Shown here one piece after another: positions 1 through 9,876 of a stretch of DNA of 64,000 nt (position 1 is the stretch's first letter; each line of letters opens with the position of its first letter). The stretch comes from an uncultured Actinomycetota bacterium (lineage in GTDB: Bacteria; Actinomycetota; Actinomycetes; Mycobacteriales; Mycobacteriaceae): the NCBI GenBank assembly GCA_963765155.1, contig CAVXVJ010000006.1, forward strand, positions 38,638-102,637, in the 5' to 3' direction. Both the position numbers and the translations under genes were made by a program. A model generated the notes under the pieces. That model was not told where the DNA came from. It did no database searches and saw only the letters and a list, made by a program, of their open reading frames with translations.

Positions 1-127
1 GCTGCTCGGCGCGTTCACGCGCGACGGCCCCGCCCGCCGCGCTGGCGTCGAGCAAGGTCTGGATCCGATCGCCCGCCGAGCGCCACCGCGCATCATCATG
101 GGTTACGTCCGGGCGATGGGCCATAGG

Positions 128-1924
128 CTATTCCCCGGTTGCGGTCTGAGTGGGGGAGTGCAACAGCTCCAACGTCTTTCCGTTGCCCAGGTACATGTGA
201 ACCCCGCACGGCAGGCATGGGTCGAAGCTGCGCACCGTGCGCATCACGTCAATGCCCTTGAAGTGCTCTCGGTCGTTCTCCTCGAATATCGGCTGACCCT
301 GCACCGCGTCCTCGTAGGGTCCCGGAGTGCCGAAGCTGTCGCGCGGGCTGGCGTTCCACGGCGTCGGCGGATACGGGTGATAGTTCGCGATCTTGCCGTC
401 ACGGATCACCATGTGATGGCTCAGCACTCCACGAACGGCCTCGGTGAAGCCACAGCCGATGCCCTCGTCGGGCACCTCGAACTTCTCCCACGTCTTGGTG
501 CGGCCTGCGCGGATCTCCGTGAGCGCCTTCTCACAGAAATGCAGCGCGCACGCCGCGGCGTACGCCTGGAAGTAGGTGCGGGCGCGGTCGCGCTCGATTG
601 TGTTGCTTCCGTGCTGGGGGATCTTCCACTCCAGCTCGACCGGACCTTTCAACGCGGTCTTGGGCAGGTTGATCTGCACGCTGTTGCCGGTCGCCTTGAC
701 GTAGCCGATGTCGACGAGGTTCGCCAGCGCCGTCGCCCACAACCGGGCCAGCGGGCCGCCGCCGGTATCCAGTGCGAGATGGTCCTGACCGTCGAACCAG
801 CGCGGTGACATCACCCAGCTGTACTTGTCCTCCATGTCCCGCTTCTGCGGGTGGGGATTGGTGTGCTGATTCCACGGGTGGCGACGATCAACCGGATTGC
901 CCAGCGGATCGGTCTTGACGAACATCTCCTGATCGGACCAGTCGTCGTAATACGAACTGCCCAACAGGATCCGGAGGCCGAGGTTGATGTCGAGCAGCGA
1001 CGTCGTGACAAGCTTGCCGTCGACCACCACACCGGGCGTGACGAACATCTTGCGGCCCCAGTCCTCCATGTCCTTGTAGGCGAAATTGCAGTGCTCGGGA
1101 TCCTGGAACGAACCCCAGCAGCCCAGCAGGGTGCGGCGCAGTCCGACCTTCTCGTAACCGGGCAGCGCTTCATAGAAGAAGTCGAAAAGGTCGTCGTGCA
1201 TCGGCACGACCTTCTTCATGAACTCGACGTAACGCATCAACCGGGTCATGTAGTCGGTCATCAACTGGACGGTGGCCGTAGTACCGACGCCGCCGGGATA
1301 CAACGTGGACGGGTGAACGTGCCGGCCTTCCATGAGGCAGAACATCTCGCGCGTATAGCGGCTGACGTGCAGCGCCTCACGGTAGAACTCGCCGGTGAAC
1401 GGGTTGAGCGCGCGCATGATGTCGGCGATCGTCCGGTAGCCGTGCATGTCGGCGTGCGGGGCCTGCGTGTTTTCGGCCTTTGCCAGTACTCCGGGATTGG
1501 TCTCGGAAACCATTTTCTCGCAGAAGTCAACGCCGACCAGGTTCTCCTGGAAGATGTTGTGGTCGAACATGTATTCCGCGGCTTCGCCGAGGTTCATGAT
1601 CCACTCGGCGATGTGCGGCGGCCTGACACCGTACGCCATGTTCTGCGTGTAGCAGGAGCAGGTGCAGTGGTTGTCGCCGCAGATGCCGCAGATCCGGCTG
1701 GTGATGAAATGCGCGTCGCGCGGATCCTTGCCCTTCATGAAGATCGAGTAGCCGCGGAAGATCGACGACGTGCTGTGGCACTCAACGACTTCCCGGTTGT
1801 CGAAGTCGATCTTGGTGTAGATGCCGAGGCTGCCGACGATGCGGGTGATCGGATCCCATGCCATTTCGACCAGTTGGCCGGGTTCGCGTTTGACCTGTGA
1901 CGGCTCGGGGATGATCGTGGTCAT
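128..1924 (-). CDS. hhyL: Group 1h (high-affinity) [NiFe]-hydrogenase large subunit
   Basis: 598 aa; L1 motif TSRICGICGDNH, L2 motif SFDPCLPCGVH; N-terminal MAWDPITRIVGSLG typical of actinobacterial group 1h. Confidence 0.95.
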   Translation of the reverse strand: MTTIIPEPSQVKREPGQLVEMAWDPITRIVGSLGIYTKIDFDNREVVECHSTSSIFRGYSIFMKGKDPRDAHFITSRICGICGDNHCTCSCYTQNMAYGVRPPHIAEWIMNLGEAAEYMFDHNIFQENLVGVDFCEKMVSETNPGVLAKAENTQAPHADMHGYRTIADIMRALNPFTGEFYREALHVSRYTREMFCLMEGRHVHPSTLYPGGVGTTATVQLMTDYMTRLMRYVEFMKKVVPMHDDLFDFFYEALPGYEKVGLRRTLLGCWGSFQDPEHCNFAYKDMEDWGRKMFVTPGVVVDGKLVTTSLLDINLGLRILLGSSYYDDWSDQEMFVKTDPLGNPVDRRHPWNQHTNPHPQKRDMEDKYSWVMSPRWFDGQDHLALDTGGGPLARLWATALANLVDIGYVKATGNSVQINLPKTALKGPVELEWKIPQHGSNTIERDRARTYFQAYAAACALHFCEKALTEIRAGRTKTWEKFEVPDEGIGCGFTEAVRGVLSHHMVIRDGKIANYHPYPPTPWNASPRDSFGTPGPYEDAVQGQPIFEENDREHFKGIDVMRTVRSFDPCLPCGVHMYLGNGKTLELLHSPTQTATGE

Positions 1925-1982
1925 CGGTACTTCTTTCCATCAAGACGAATCGCCCGAAGGCTGATAGCCAAAACGACCGCAC

Positions 1983-3038
1983 CTACCAGGTGCGAGTCGC
2001 TCCGGATTCGAGTTTCGTGCCCTTGTGCCGCCAGCGCGGCTCCTTATCGACCGTGCGACCGGTGATGTGGCGCAGGCTGCGGATCACCGATCCGTACATG
2101 CCCGACGCAGTTGTAGACACCTTGCCGCCCGGAGGTTCGTCCATGAAAGGCATGAACTTGTCCGGGAAGCCGGGCATCGTGCAGCCGATGCAGATACCGC
2201 CGACGTTCGGGCACCCGCCGATGCCGTTGATCCAGGCGCGCTTGGGCACGTTGCACTTGACGACCGGACCCCAGCAGCCAAGTTTCACAATGCATTTCGG
2301 CGAGCCATACTCCGTGGCGAAGTCGCCCTGCTCGTAGTAGCCCGCGCGGTCACACCCCTCGTGCACCGTCTGACCGAACAGCCACTTAGGACGAAGCGCC
2401 TCGTCGAGCGGGATCATCGGCGCTTGCTCGGTGGCCATGTAAAGCAGGTAGGTGAGCGTCTCGGCCAGGTTGTCCGGGTGGATCGGGCAGCCGGGAACAC
2501 AGACGATGGGAATGCCGGCCTTGCTCTTCCAGTCCCACCCCAGATAGTCGGGCACACCCATGGCCCCGGTCGGGTTACCGGCCATCGCATGGATGCCGCC
2601 ATAGGTAGCGCACGTGCCGGCGGCGACGATCGCGGTGGCCTTGGGGGCGAGCCGGTCCAGCCATTCACTCGTGGTCATCGGCTGCCCGGTGGCCGGGTCG
2701 TTGCCGAACCCGCACCAATATCCCTCGTTCTTGATTTTTTCGTTAGGGATGGATCCCTCGACAACCAGCACAAAGGGTTCCAATTCGCCGCGATCGGCCT
2801 TGAAGAACCACTCGAGGAAGTCGTCGGCACCCCCGTTCGGCCCGCATTCGAAGTCGATCAGGGGCCAATGGACGGCGATCTTGGGCAGACCGGGAAGCGC
2901 GCCGAGCGCGATTTCCTCGATGCTGGGCTGGGTGGCGGCAGTCAACGCCACGGAGTCGCCGTCACAACTCAAACCGGCGTTTATCCACAGCACATGGATG
3001 AGCGCCTCTTCTGCTTTGACTGCTGCCTCGGTGGGCAT
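1983..3038 (-). CDS. hhyS: Group 1h [NiFe]-hydrogenase small subunit
   Basis: 351 aa; GLSCDGDS, GTCATYGG, VPGCP, HEGCDR, GCPNVGGICIGC Fe-S motifs; no Tat signal; directly upstream of hhyL. Confidence 0.95.
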   Translation of the reverse strand: MPTEAAVKAEEALIHVLWINAGLSCDGDSVALTAATQPSIEEIALGALPGLPKIAVHWPLIDFECGPNGGADDFLEWFFKADRGELEPFVLVVEGSIPNEKIKNEGYWCGFGNDPATGQPMTTSEWLDRLAPKATAIVAAGTCATYGGIHAMAGNPTGAMGVPDYLGWDWKSKAGIPIVCVPGCPIHPDNLAETLTYLLYMATEQAPMIPLDEALRPKWLFGQTVHEGCDRAGYYEQGDFATEYGSPKCIVKLGCWGPVVKCNVPKRAWINGIGGCPNVGGICIGCTMPGFPDKFMPFMDEPPGGKVSTTASGMYGSVIRSLRHITGRTVDKEPRWRHKGTKLESGATRTW

Positions 3039-3126
3039 CTGTCACAGCTTTCCGGGGTCGGGGCTGGCGACCCCTTACGGCACCGGAGTCGACCTTCGGC
3101 CCACTTGCGCGCCGTTAGCTCTTGGG

Positions 3127-3197
3127 TTTACTCCGGGCACTATGTCTTGTCAACGAGTCGTCGCTACATACCCCCGAGTTGCCCCCCGTATGGGGGG
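3127..3197 (-). promoter_or_regulatory. Putative hhyS promoter with upstream C6-GTAT-G6 palindrome
   Basis: Minus strand TTGACA-17 nt-TAAACC; CCCCCCGTATGGGGGG at 3182-3197. Confidence 0.35.
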
Positions 3198-3932
3198 TGA
3201 TGGTGCCCGCGGTCGTACCAGGCTGCGCGTGTCGGCAGTGTTCGCCGGCCTGGGGGCCATAGTTTGCACGCCCGGGTCTGATGGATCTTGCTGATTTCAA
3301 ACAGATTTCAAGATCAGCGTCTTCCTACGAGTTAGGTCGACCTTAGTGAGGATGGCGAGGTCCCAGCGGCGAACATTGCGGGATCGAAAACCTTCCTCGT
3401 CTGGCGGCATCTCTGTTCACCCCTGAGCTGTCGAACAACATTGTCGACAGTGTCAGCGGATACCGTTGGCCGGACTCCGATTTGAGGACCGACCGTCCGC
3501 CCTTCCACGGCTTGTCGGCATCGTCTTGGTGCATCTGACCGAAACGCCGATCACCCCGAGCGACGGCTCGTCAAGTTCGCCGTCCAAGGGCGCCGGGCCC
3601 AGCAGGTCGCCCGAAGCCAGGGCGGTCGCACCGTCGAGTTCGACACGTCGGGTCAAGGCGGCGGTAGCGATAGCGTCGCGCCGTCCCACGTGAGCCGCTG
3701 ACACGAGACTACGGCGCTGGCATCGTTTGCGGAAACGACTGTGCCCCATGTGATTCAGCCGCTATCCAGCACGCGCAACGGATGCTCGCCAAGTCGCTTC
3801 CGAGCAGCCGTGACCACGGGTACACACCGAGCGCATGGAAGCAGTGATTGGGCGCCGCCTCGTCGGCGAGGTCAGCGGTCAGATGGATCCAGTAGTGTCG
3901 CGCCTGCGGGCCGATCACTGCCAGCAATTCGT

Positions 3933-4060
3933 GGCCACCGCGTGGCCTTCAACGAAGCGTTCGCTGCACATGGCATTCAAATCAGTTGGGAACCAGAGGA
4001 ATACGGAAGATTGTTGGATACCGCCGGCGGGCGGCGCAGATTGCGGCCGACTTGCGGGCA
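3933..4060 (+). pseudogene. Remnant of a CbbY-like HAD hydrolase
   Basis: GHRVAFNEAFAAHGIQISWEPEEYGRLLDTAGGRRR then IAADLR after a frameshift; N-terminal DxDGT motif and C-terminus missing. Confidence 0.65.
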
Positions 4061-4113
4061 CCCGGCCGATCGGCGGGCCGAGTCGTCGCAGGTTTTCCCG
4101 GCCCAGTGTCTTG

Positions 4114-4881
4114 TCAACGGGTCGGAGCGACATGGGACGGGTTGGCGCGCACTGCGAGCCACTCGTACCACGCCGCGATTCCGTCGCCGGTGGTCGCTGA
4201 CAAGGGCAGAATCCGCACCCGCGGATTAATGGATTTCGCATGGCCCGAACATGTTTCAAGATCAAAATCGACATAGGGCAATAGGTCGATCTTATTGATG
4301 ATGACGAGTCCTGCCGCGGCAAACATGTGAGGGTACTTCAGGGGCTTGTCGGTGCCCTCCGTGACGGAGACGACGACCACCTTGCTTTGCTCGCCGAGAT
4401 CAAACAGCGCGGGACACACCAGGTTGCCGACATTCTCGATGAACAGCAGCGAGCCGGCCGGCGGGTCGAGCGCCTCGAGTGCACGGCGCACCATGTCCGC
4501 GTCGAGGTGACAGCCGGCGCCAGTGTTGACCTGTACAGCCCTGGCACCGGTAGCCCGGATCCGTTCGGCGTCGAGATAGGTTGCCTGGTCTCCCTCGATC
4601 ACCGCGATGGGCCGCTCGAGCTCGCGGATGGTGCGCTCGAGCAGTGTCGTCTTGCCGGCTCCGGGTGAGCTGGTGATGTTCAGCGCCAGGACGTTGTGCT
4701 CGTCGAACCATTTCCGGTTCTGGTCGGCGACCAGGTCGTTCTTTGCGAGGACCTTCTGCTCGAGAGTGACGGTCTCGGTCTGGGCATGGTGGTGATCGTG
4801 CTGGTCGTGGGCGTGCGCATGCTTATGACCGGCCAGGGTGATGACGGCGTCGTCGCCGCCGCAGCCGCACGTGTCGCACAT
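4114..4881 (-). CDS. hypB: Hydrogenase nickel incorporation GTPase HypB
   Basis: Start MCDTCGC, His-rich tract, SSPGAGKT, GAGCHLDA, ENVGNLVCPA, NKID. Confidence 0.95.
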   Translation of the reverse strand: MCDTCGCGGDDAVITLAGHKHAHAHDQHDHHHAQTETVTLEQKVLAKNDLVADQNRKWFDEHNVLALNITSSPGAGKTTLLERTIRELERPIAVIEGDQATYLDAERIRATGARAVQVNTGAGCHLDADMVRRALEALDPPAGSLLFIENVGNLVCPALFDLGEQSKVVVVSVTEGTDKPLKYPHMFAAAGLVIINKIDLLPYVDFDLETCSGHAKSINPRVRILPLSATTGDGIAAWYEWLAVRANPSHVAPTR

Positions 4882-4883
4882 GC

Positions 4884-5213
4884 TCAGCTCACTTCCATCG
4901 AGAGGATCTTCAGTTCCCGCCCGGCGAGCACCTCGACATCCGCGCTGCCGCAGGGGCACAACATGATGAAGTCGTTCAGTACGAATTCCTCGCCGCAGGA
5001 CCGGCAGTGCGCCGCGGCCGGCGTTATGTCGAGATCGAGGTGAGCGCCGTCGGCGAGGGTGCCCTCGGTCGCCAAGTCGAAACAAAACCGCATGGCGTCG
5101 GGCACGACGGCACACAGTGCGCCGACTTCCAGCTTGACGCTATGCACACGGCGCCCCGCGGCGTAGTCGCACACCGCATCAACAACGCTCTGCGTCAACG
5201 CCATTTCATGCAT
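4884..5213 (-). CDS. hypA: Hydrogenase nickel metallochaperone HypA
   Basis: MHEM start, CRSC and CPCG zinc motifs. Confidence 0.95.
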   Translation of the reverse strand: MHEMALTQSVVDAVCDYAAGRRVHSVKLEVGALCAVVPDAMRFCFDLATEGTLADGAHLDLDITPAAAHCRSCGEEFVLNDFIMLCPCGSADVEVLAGRELKILSMEVS

Positions 5214-5235
5214 CGCTGCCCCGTTCTGGGCGGGA

Positions 5236-5418
5236 TCACCCAACGATAAGCCGGTGTCCCCAGGGGCACAACGACATGCGGATCACCTCGCTGTGGCAGG
5301 TTGTGTCGACCGCCAGCACCTCGCTCGCCGGCCAGTCGGAGAAGTACAGCCGGTCGTCATGCCAGCCGGTGTCTCCCTCCAGACCCGGGCCACTGAGCAG
5401 CACTTTCGTCTCGTTCAT
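5236..5418 (-). pseudogene. N-terminal fragment of an SMP-30/gluconolactonase family protein
   Basis: VLLSG...WHDDRLYFSDW...EVLAVD resembles the first propeller blade; ends after 60 aa. Confidence 0.5.
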
Positions 5419-5476
5419 TCCCGATAAATGAACGGGCGTCGGTCAAATCGACAACTGGTCGGCGTGTCTACTTGAA

Positions 5477-5492
5477 TCGAACAGGTGTTCGT
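5477..5492 (+). promoter_or_regulatory. LexA SOS box upstream of recA
   Basis: TCGAACAGGTGTTCGT fits the mycobacterial TCGAAC-N4-GTTCGA consensus. Confidence 0.9.
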
Positions 5493-5536
5493 CTACTGTG
5501 GGCAGTGTTCGACGGCTAGATGCTGGTCAGGCTGAC

Positions 5537-5559
5537 TTGTCGGTGGCTGCCTCTAGCGT
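5537..5559 (+). promoter_or_regulatory. RecA-NDp (PafBC-type) DNA-damage promoter of recA
   Basis: TTGTCGGTG-8 nt-TAGCGT fits tTGTCRgtg-N8-TAnnnT. Confidence 0.85.
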
Positions 5560-5614
5560 CACGGCCAACTGATCGAAACCGATCAACCGAACATCCACGA
5601 GGACGGAGACCACC

Positions 5615-6674
5615 ATGGCGCAGCAGGCCCCTGATCGCGAAAAAGCCCTTGAACTCGCGATGGCCCAGATCGAGAAGAACCACGGCAAAGGCTCGGTGAT
5701 GCGGCTCGGCGACGAGGTGCGCCAGCCGATCTCTGTCATTCCCACCGGCTCGATCGCCCTGGACGTGGCGCTCGGCATCGGCGGGCTGCCGCGCGGCCGA
5801 ATCATCGAGATCTACGGCCCGGAATCCTCGGGTAAGACCACGGTCGCGCTGCACGCGGTGGCCAACGCTCAGGCCGCCGGCGGCATCGCGGCGTTCATCG
5901 ACGCCGAGCATGCGCTCGATCCGGACTACGCCAAGAAGCTCGGCGTGGACACCGACTCACTGCTGGTGAGCCAACCCGACACCGGTGAGCAGGCGCTGGA
6001 GATCGCCGACATGCTGATCCGCTCGGGTGCGCTCGACATCCTGGTCATCGACTCGGTGGCGGCATTGGTGCCGCGGGCGGAGATCGAAGGCGAGATGGGG
6101 GACAGTCACGTCGGTCTGCAGGCTCGGTTGATGAGCCAGGCCTTGCGGAAAATTACTGGCGCACTGAACAATTCGGGCACCACCGCGATATTCATCAACC
6201 AGTTCCGCGAAAAAATCGGAGTCATGTTCGGGTTTCAGTCCTGAAACAACAACTGGCGGAAAGGCTTTGAAGTTCTACGCTTCAGTTCGGTTGGACGTCA
6301 GGCGAATTGAAACACTCAAGGACGGCACCGACGCCGTTGGCAACCGCACCCGCTGCAAGGTCGTCAAGAACAAGATTGCGTCGCCCTTCAAACAAGCCGA
6401 GTTCGACATTCTGTATGGAAAGGGCATCAGCCGGGAGGGCTCGCTCATCGACATGGGTGTCGAGCAGGGCTTCATCCGCAAGTCCGGCTCCTGGTTCACC
6501 TACGAGGGCGAGCAGCTCGGCCAGGGCAAGGAGAACGCGCGGACGTTCTTGATCGAGAACGGCGACGTGGCCAACGAGATCGAGAAGAAGATCAAGGAAA
6601 AGCTCGGCATTGGCGCCGTGATCACCGATGACCTCAACAATGACGAAGCCCTGCCCGCCCCCGTCGACTTCTGA
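5615..6674 (+). CDS. recA: Recombinase RecA, frame broken by 4 extra bases at 6233-6236; no intein
   Basis: ORF 5615-6244 (GPESSGKTT, ends GVMFG) plus downstream frame from 6237 ([16 protein letters not shown]...PAPVDF). Confidence 0.95.
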
Positions 6675-7164
6675 GACCTCGCGCGAGGAGCAGGCGCGGA
6701 ACCTTTGTCTGCGCCTGCTCACCGCGAGAGCGAGGACCCGCGCCGAGCTGGCCGGCCAGCTGGCCAAGCGCGGATACCCCGACGACGTCAGCGCACGGGT
6801 GCTCGATCGGCTGGCGCAAGTCGGACTGATCGACGACACCGACTTCGCCGAACAGTGGGTCCGGTCACGGCGGGTGAACGCCGGAAAAGGCAGGCGCGCC
6901 TTGGCCGCCGAACTGCGAAACAAGGGCGTGGACAACGACGTGATCACCGCCGTGCTGGCGGACATCGACGCCGGGGCGGAGCGGGAACGGGCCGAACAGC
7001 TGGTCCGCGACAAGCTGCGCCGCGAACGCCTCAACGACGACGATGACACGAAAGTGATGCGGCGGCTGGTCGGAATGCTGGCTCGCCGAGGCTACAGCCA
7101 GACCATGGCCGTCGACGTGGTCAGCACCGAGCTGGCGCTCGAACGAGAACGGCGGCGCGTCTAG
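6640..7164 (+). CDS. recX: Recombination regulator RecX
   Basis: [12 protein letters not shown] start overlapping recA end; [31 protein letters not shown]. Confidence 0.93.
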   Translation: MTKPCPPPSTSETSREEQARNLCLRLLTARARTRAELAGQLAKRGYPDDVSARVLDRLAQVGLIDDTDFAEQWVRSRRVNAGKGRRALAAELRNKGVDNDVITAVLADIDAGAERERAEQLVRDKLRRERLNDDDDTKVMRRLVGMLARRGYSQTMAVDVVSTELALERERRRV

Positions 7165-7190
7165 GTTTGCGACGGGCTAGCGTCTTAGGC

Positions 7191-7431
7191 GTGGGCGGTG
7201 AAGTGACCATCCTGACCCGCCCACCCGGTGCCGGTAAGACAACCGTGGCGCGCCCAGCCCGCGAAGGCGACGAGCTCAAGGCCGTCGATGCGATCACGCG
7301 GCCTCCACGGCGCATTCGCGCAACTCGGCGAGCTCGAGAGTCACGTCATCGACAACGGGGACTTGGACGCGGTACAGACCGCCGCCGAAGTCCGCAGTGC
7401 CGTCGCGTCGCGGCGGTACAGGCTGACCTGA
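7191..7431 (+). pseudogene. Internally deleted small P-loop kinase/AAA protein remnant
   Basis: GGEVTILTRPPGAGKTTVA (degraded Walker A) followed closely by C-terminal FAQLGELESHVIDNGDLD...; core missing. Confidence 0.5.
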
Positions 7432-8335
7432 CGTGCGGCTCCAAGCCTGCGCCTGCTCCACCTTGGCGCCCGGCGCCCCCTCCTGCTCGATGGCCTCGGC
7501 CGCCAACGGTGTCGGAGCCCGACGCGACCGGCGCATCCGGCCTTCGAGCCAGCATCGCGAAGCACGACAGCGCGAAGTTGACGCTGATCATCAGGATCGC
7601 GATGACGATCAAGCGCCGGGAGGTAATTGCCGTACGCCGCGCCCGAGCTGGACGCCCTGACGCACCATCTCGACGAAGGTGATATGATAGCCGATCGCGG
7701 AGTCCTTGAGGACGACCACCAGCTGTGAGATCAGCACCGGCAACATCGACGTGATCGCCTGCGGCAGCAGGATCGAGCGCATCGTCTGACCCCAGCGCAG
7801 GCCCAGCGCCGACGCGGCCTCCGACTGCCCTCGCGGCAGCGCGTTGACGCCGGCGCGGACGATCTCGGCGATGACCGCGCCGTTGTACAGCGTCAGGCCC
7901 GTGATGACGCCCGCCAGCGCCAGATGTTTCGACGGAAAGACGTCGTACAGCGCATAGAAGAAGTAGGCGAAGATCATCATGATCAGCACCGGGACGGCGC
8001 GGAAGAACTCCACGAATACCGAGCACGCCCAACGAATCGGCCTGGCGTGCGACAGCCGCCCGACACCGAGCACGAAGCCCAGCACCAGCGCCAGCACGAT
8101 CGACACCGCCGCGGCGGTCAGCGTGCCCTGCACGCCGGGCAGTACGTACGTCGTCCACAGGTTCGCCGTCAGGAACGGTTCCCACTTCGCCGCCGTGAGC
8201 TGACCCTTGCGGTTCAGTCGCGAGTAGACGACCCAGATCACCAGCGCGATGACCACCGCGGTGACGACGTTGAATATCCGGTTCCGTGCCCGTGCCCGCG
8301 GCCCGGGGGCGTCGAAGAGAACCGATGCCGCTCAC
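7421..8335 (-). CDS. gluD: Glutamate ABC transporter permease (frameshifted; 3' end approximate)
   Basis: VLFDAPGPR start, FVEFFRAVP, AEIVRAGV..LPRGQSEA, LLPQA, LKDS. Confidence 0.85.
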
Positions 8336-9014
8336 CTCGCCACCGCCAACCGCTTACCCAGCCACCCGAAGAACAACCCCGTCGGCAGCGTCAGGATGAC
8401 AAAGCCGAGCGCGAAGATCGTCCCGACAGCCAACAGCGCCGCAGTGTTCTCGATCATCTCCTTCATCAGCAGCGCCGCCTCGGCGACGCCGATCGCCGAC
8501 GCGATCGTGGTGTTCTTCGTCAACGCGATCAGCACCGATCCCAGCGGAATGATCACGGAGCGAAAAGCCTGCGGCAGCAGGACGATTCGCAGATTCTGGC
8601 TAGAACGTCAAGCCCAGCGACCGGGCCGCCTCCGCTTGACCGAGCGGGACGGTGTTCACCCCGGCGCGCACCGTCTCACACACGAATGCCGCGGTGTAGA
8701 CCGTCAATCCGAGCACCGCCAACCGGAAGTTGCTGTCCTCGATCGACGTCAGCGACTTCGGATCGACCAGCGTGATGCCCAGCGTCTGCGACAGCCCGAA
8801 CGAACAGAACAGGATGATCAACGTCAGCGGGGTGTTGCGCACCACGTTGACGTAGCGTCGTCCCGATCCAGTTGAGCATCGGTACCGGCGCCAGCCGCAT
8901 CGCGGCCAGCGCCGTGCCGAGGATCAGCGCTCCGATCGCGGAGAAGACCGTCAGCTGGATCGTCGTCCAGAACGCCTCGAAGATCTGGCCGCGATACTCG
9001 GTGAAAATCTCCAC
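8332..9014 (-). CDS. gluC: Glutamate ABC transporter permease (frameshifted)
   Basis: FWTTIQLT, VRNTPLT, GQAEAARSLGL, ALTKNTTIASAIGV across three frames. Confidence 0.85.
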
Positions 9015-9031
9015 TTCTGGCGGCGGCCCGC

Positions 9032-9855
9032 TCAGGTCTGGTCGATCTTCGGCGGTTCCGGAGCCGCGATGCCGGCTGGGCCGAGGTTCTTGTCCCACGC
9101 CGCCTTCCAGGCGCCGTCCTGCTCCATCTTCGTGATCGCGTCGTTGATCTTGGTCTGCAGCTCGGTGTCGCCCTTCTTCAGGCCGATGCCGTACTTCTCC
9201 TCCGAGAACGTGTCGCCGACGAGCTTGAACGCGCCCGGAGTCTGCGCCGCGTAGCCGGCCAGGATCACCTCGTCGGTGGTCACCGCGTCGACCGCGCCGT
9301 TCTTCAGCGCCTCGACGCACGCCGAATACGTGTCGTACTGCTGCAACTGCACACCGGGATACTCGTCCTTGATCTTCTGCGCCGGCGTGGATCCGGACAC
9401 CGAGCACAGCTTCTTGTTGTTCTGCAGCGACGCCGCGCCGGTGATGTCGGTGTTGTCGGCGCGCACCAGCAGGCTCTGGCCGGTGATCAGGTACGGCCCG
9501 GCGAAGTCGACCTTCTCCTTCCGGGCATCGGTGATCGAGTACGTGGCGGCGATGAACTTGACCTGATCGTTCTGGATCAGCGTCTCCCGCTGGCCCGACG
9601 GCGCCTCTTTCCACTCGATCTTGTCTTCGCTGAAGCCGAGCTCCTTGGCGACGTACTTGGCGACGTCGACGTCGAAGCCGCTCATGGTGCCGTCGGGATT
9701 TTTCAGCCCGAGGCCGGGTTGATCGAACTTTGTGCCGATGACGATCGTGTCGCCGCCACCACCGCCGCCGTCACCACCCCACACGCGGTCACCGCCAACG
9801 GCAACGCGATGGCGAGCGCGACGGCACCTACGACGCGCATTGAGAAAGACGGCAT
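9032..9855 (-). CDS. gluB: Glutamate ABC transporter substrate-binding lipoprotein (frameshift in signal region)
   Basis: IGTKFDQPGLG, ATYSITDARK, AVTTDEVILAG. Confidence 0.9.
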
Positions 9856-9876
9856 GGTCTGTTCCTTTCGCGAGCG

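Noticed and set aside
3453-3749. Possible small gene upstream of hhyS
   Set aside because: No recognisable motif on either strand; may be another remnant but cannot be supported.
5615-6674. Intein or intron present in recA
   Set aside because: The two halves add up to a normal-length RecA; only 4 extra bases are present.
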